Positions 62,563 to 64,000 of a stretch of DNA of 64,000 bases are shown here, piece after piece (positions within the stretch are counted from its first letter, which is position 1; every line of letters begins with the position of its first letter). Below the pieces are notes generated by a model. The model ran no database searches. It had not been told where the DNA came from and worked only from the letters and a program-made list of their open reading frames with translations. The position numbers and the translations under genes were made by a program. This stretch comes from an uncultured Acidobacteriaceae bacterium (GTDB lineage: Bacteria > Acidobacteriota > Terriglobia > Terriglobales > Acidobacteriaceae), in NCBI GenBank assembly GCA_963712845.1, contig CAVQJM010000023.1, forward strand, positions 15,304-79,303, written 5' to 3'.

Positions 62563-62874
62563 ATGGCAGCGGCAGCGATGGACATCAGCGATCAGGGCGC
62601 GGATACCCTGGCAGTAGCCGATTTTCAGGCTCTCGAAGAGCGCGTTCTACGCGCAGTGGAGCTGCTGAAGGCTGAGCGTGAGGCACACGCGGCAGCCACA
62701 GCGAAGGTCGAAGAACTCGAACGGCACAGCGCCGAGCTGGAGCGGCAACTCTCCACTCGCTCCGAGCAATCCACGCGGCTGGAGAGCGAGATCGGCCAGT
62801 TGCAGCAGGAGCGGGACCATGTACGCGGCCGCGTCGAGCGGTTGTTGAAGCACTTGGACGAATTTACGGCGTAG
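62563..62874 (+). CDS. Coiled-coil protein, ZapB-like cell-division factor candidate
   Basis: 103 aa, almost entirely heptad-like coiled coil (LEERVLRAVELLKAEREAH...LESEIGQLQQERDHVRGRVERLLKHL), immediately upstream of zapA. Confidence 0.55.
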   Translation: MAAAAMDISDQGADTLAVADFQALEERVLRAVELLKAEREAHAAATAKVEELERHSAELERQLSTRSEQSTRLESEIGQLQQERDHVRGRVERLLKHLDEFTA

Positions 62875-62918
62875 TTTCAGACTGCGCCAGTTAAGTTAAA
62901 GGAGAAGACCATCCCGCG

Positions 62919-63233
62919 ATGAACGATACCAGCCAAGGCGTCACCGTTGAAATTTACGACCAGCCCTACCATCTGCGCGGGCAGGACCCCGTGTACATCG
63001 AGCGGCTGGCCAACCTCGTCGATACCAAGATGCGCGCAGTAGCGGCGCAGGGCACGACGGTCGACTCGCTGCGCGTAGCAGTGCTGGCGGCTATCAACAT
63101 CGCGGACGAGTACCTGACGCTGCAGGCGCGTTATCGCAATGCGAATCAGGCGGAGAGTACGCTGCGCACCCGCGCCAGCAATCTGAACGGCCTGCTCGAC
63201 TCAGTCCTCACCGGCGAGCGTCGCACCGGCTAG
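62919..63233 (+). CDS. zapA: Cell division protein ZapA
   Basis: VTVEIYDQPYHLRG...ERLANLVDTKMRAV...SLRVAVLAAINIADEY; 104 aa. Confidence 0.85.
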   Translation: MNDTSQGVTVEIYDQPYHLRGQDPVYIERLANLVDTKMRAVAAQGTTVDSLRVAVLAAINIADEYLTLQARYRNANQAESTLRTRASNLNGLLDSVLTGERRTG

Positions 63234-63343
63234 GTGTTCTGTCTCGAAAATTGTCGTCAAGCATGATGTCGTCCTGGGCCGTAGCGAAGGACCTGCATTT
63301 TTGGCGAGTGCGCGCTCTTGTCTACTCCTCAGATCGCCGCAAT

Positions 63344-64000
63344 TCAGATCGCCGCGATCCTGACGTTTCCATCCGAGGTATGCACGCTGAGCGGCGTGCC
63401 GCCGCCATTCATGCGTCCCTGCAGATGCTTGCCGCGGCTGTCGTAGTGATCCATGGTTAGTGGCAGGCTGCAGTCGACGTGCCCGTCGCTGGTGGTGATA
63501 TCGAGGTCCGCCGCCAGTGTCGATGGCACATGGACGCTGACATGCCCGTCCGAGCTCTCGATGCGCGATGCAGCACTCAGCTGCGAGCCGGGAGCGAGCG
63601 TGAAGTCCAGGTTGCCATCGCTGGTGTGCAGCTGCACGCCCGTAAACTGCCCGTCGATGGTCATGTGACCGTCTGCGCCGCGCGCCTCCAGCGTGCCGCT
63701 CGCGCGCCGGATAACCACATTGCCATCCGAGCTGCCGAGACGCAGATCGCCATGGACATCTTCCAGCGTCACCGAGCCATCGCCCGAATGCACCTGCAGA
63801 TTTCCGGTGAGCTCGCGCGCGGTCAGGTTTCCGTCAGCCGTCTTTGCGTCGAGGTCCAGATGCGCCGGCGTCTCCACCGTGGCCTTCGTCCCGGCCTCAT
63901 TTCTCCAGTTGAAGATTCCGACGTGCGGCTTCTCCTTGAACGAGAAGAAGACGTGATCGCCGTCCTGACGCTCTTCCAGGCGATATTCGGTCAGGTCGCG
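63344..64000 (-). CDS. DUF4097-type beta-helical repeat protein (putative adhesin-like); 5-prime end beyond window
   Basis: Repeated xSxDGxVxx strands (HSGDGSVTL, SSDGNVVI, GADGHMTI, TSDGNLDF, SSDGHVSV, TSDGHVDC, TSDGNVRI). The frame stays open from the GTG at 63877 up to nt 64000, so the true start is probably outside the window. Confidence 0.7.
   Translation of the reverse strand, partial: RDLTEYRLEERQDGDHVFFSFKEKPHVGIFNWRNEAGTKATVETPAHLDLDAKTADGNLTARELTGNLQVHSGDGSVTLEDVHGDLRLGSSDGNVVIRRASGTLEARGADGHMTIDGQFTGVQLHTSDGNLDFTLAPGSQLSAASRIESSDGHVSVHVPSTLAADLDITTSDGHVDCSLPLTMDHYDSRGKHLQGRMNGGGTPLSVHTSDGNVRIAAI

Noticed and set aside
63234-63343. Possible 6S RNA (ssrS) downstream of zapA, as in E. 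coli zapA-ssrS
   Set aside because: Only about 110 nt are available before the convergent DUF4097 gene. That is too short for a ~180-nt 6S RNA, and no extended closing helix or central bubble could be drawn.

Overview
High-GC chromosomal segment. Gene content suggests an Acidobacteriota (Terriglobia/Acidobacteriaceae-like) genome: two TIGR03436-type VWA paralogs, a TonB receptor, many glycoside hydrolases and Tat-exported enzymes. This assignment is an inference. About 60 genes are densely packed and most are core housekeeping: ddl, asnS, ggt, the conserved ispE-tRNA(Gln)-prs-rplY-pth-rpsF-rpsR-rplI block, ruvB, gyrA, ilvA, acpP-fabF, rmuC, lgt-rluD, ligA, and pheS-pheT followed by zapB-like/zapA. 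Accessory genes sit between them: GH127-like and GH47 glycosidases, arginase, a patatin-Omp85 fusion, an SGNH esterase, an LRR protein, GT-C-like membrane proteins, a Tat-signal aminotransferase, a Phd/ParE toxin-antitoxin pair and methyltransferases. I saw no CRISPR array, IS element, integrase, phage genes, rRNA or recognisable multi-gene defence island, and I cannot point to a clear new multi-gene system. The points most worth a second look are listed here. (1) Six reading-frame breaks are confined to four accessory genes (GH127-like, LLM monooxygenase, murQ, O-methyltransferase), while 7-8 nt homopolymers inside ddl, prs and fabF stay in frame. (2) A Tat-exported HisC-like aminotransferase appears co-transcribed with a GT-C-like membrane protein. 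(3) A degenerate kinase-TM-SPOR protein and an unclassifiable small protein lie upstream of ruvB. (4) An ATP-grasp/LLM gene pair lies downstream of ruvB. (5) Ribosomal protein S18 carries a roughly 70-aa repeat-rich N-terminal extension, and there is no ssb between rpsF and rpsR. (6) There are three lower-GC islets: LRR protein, acyltransferase-3, and a small secreted Cys protein. (7) A CTAG-rich 86-nt inverted repeat lies in the ggt/ispE divergent promoter region. (8) A 346-nt gene-free stretch lies upstream of lgt. All family assignments come from motif recognition by eye; no database search was run.
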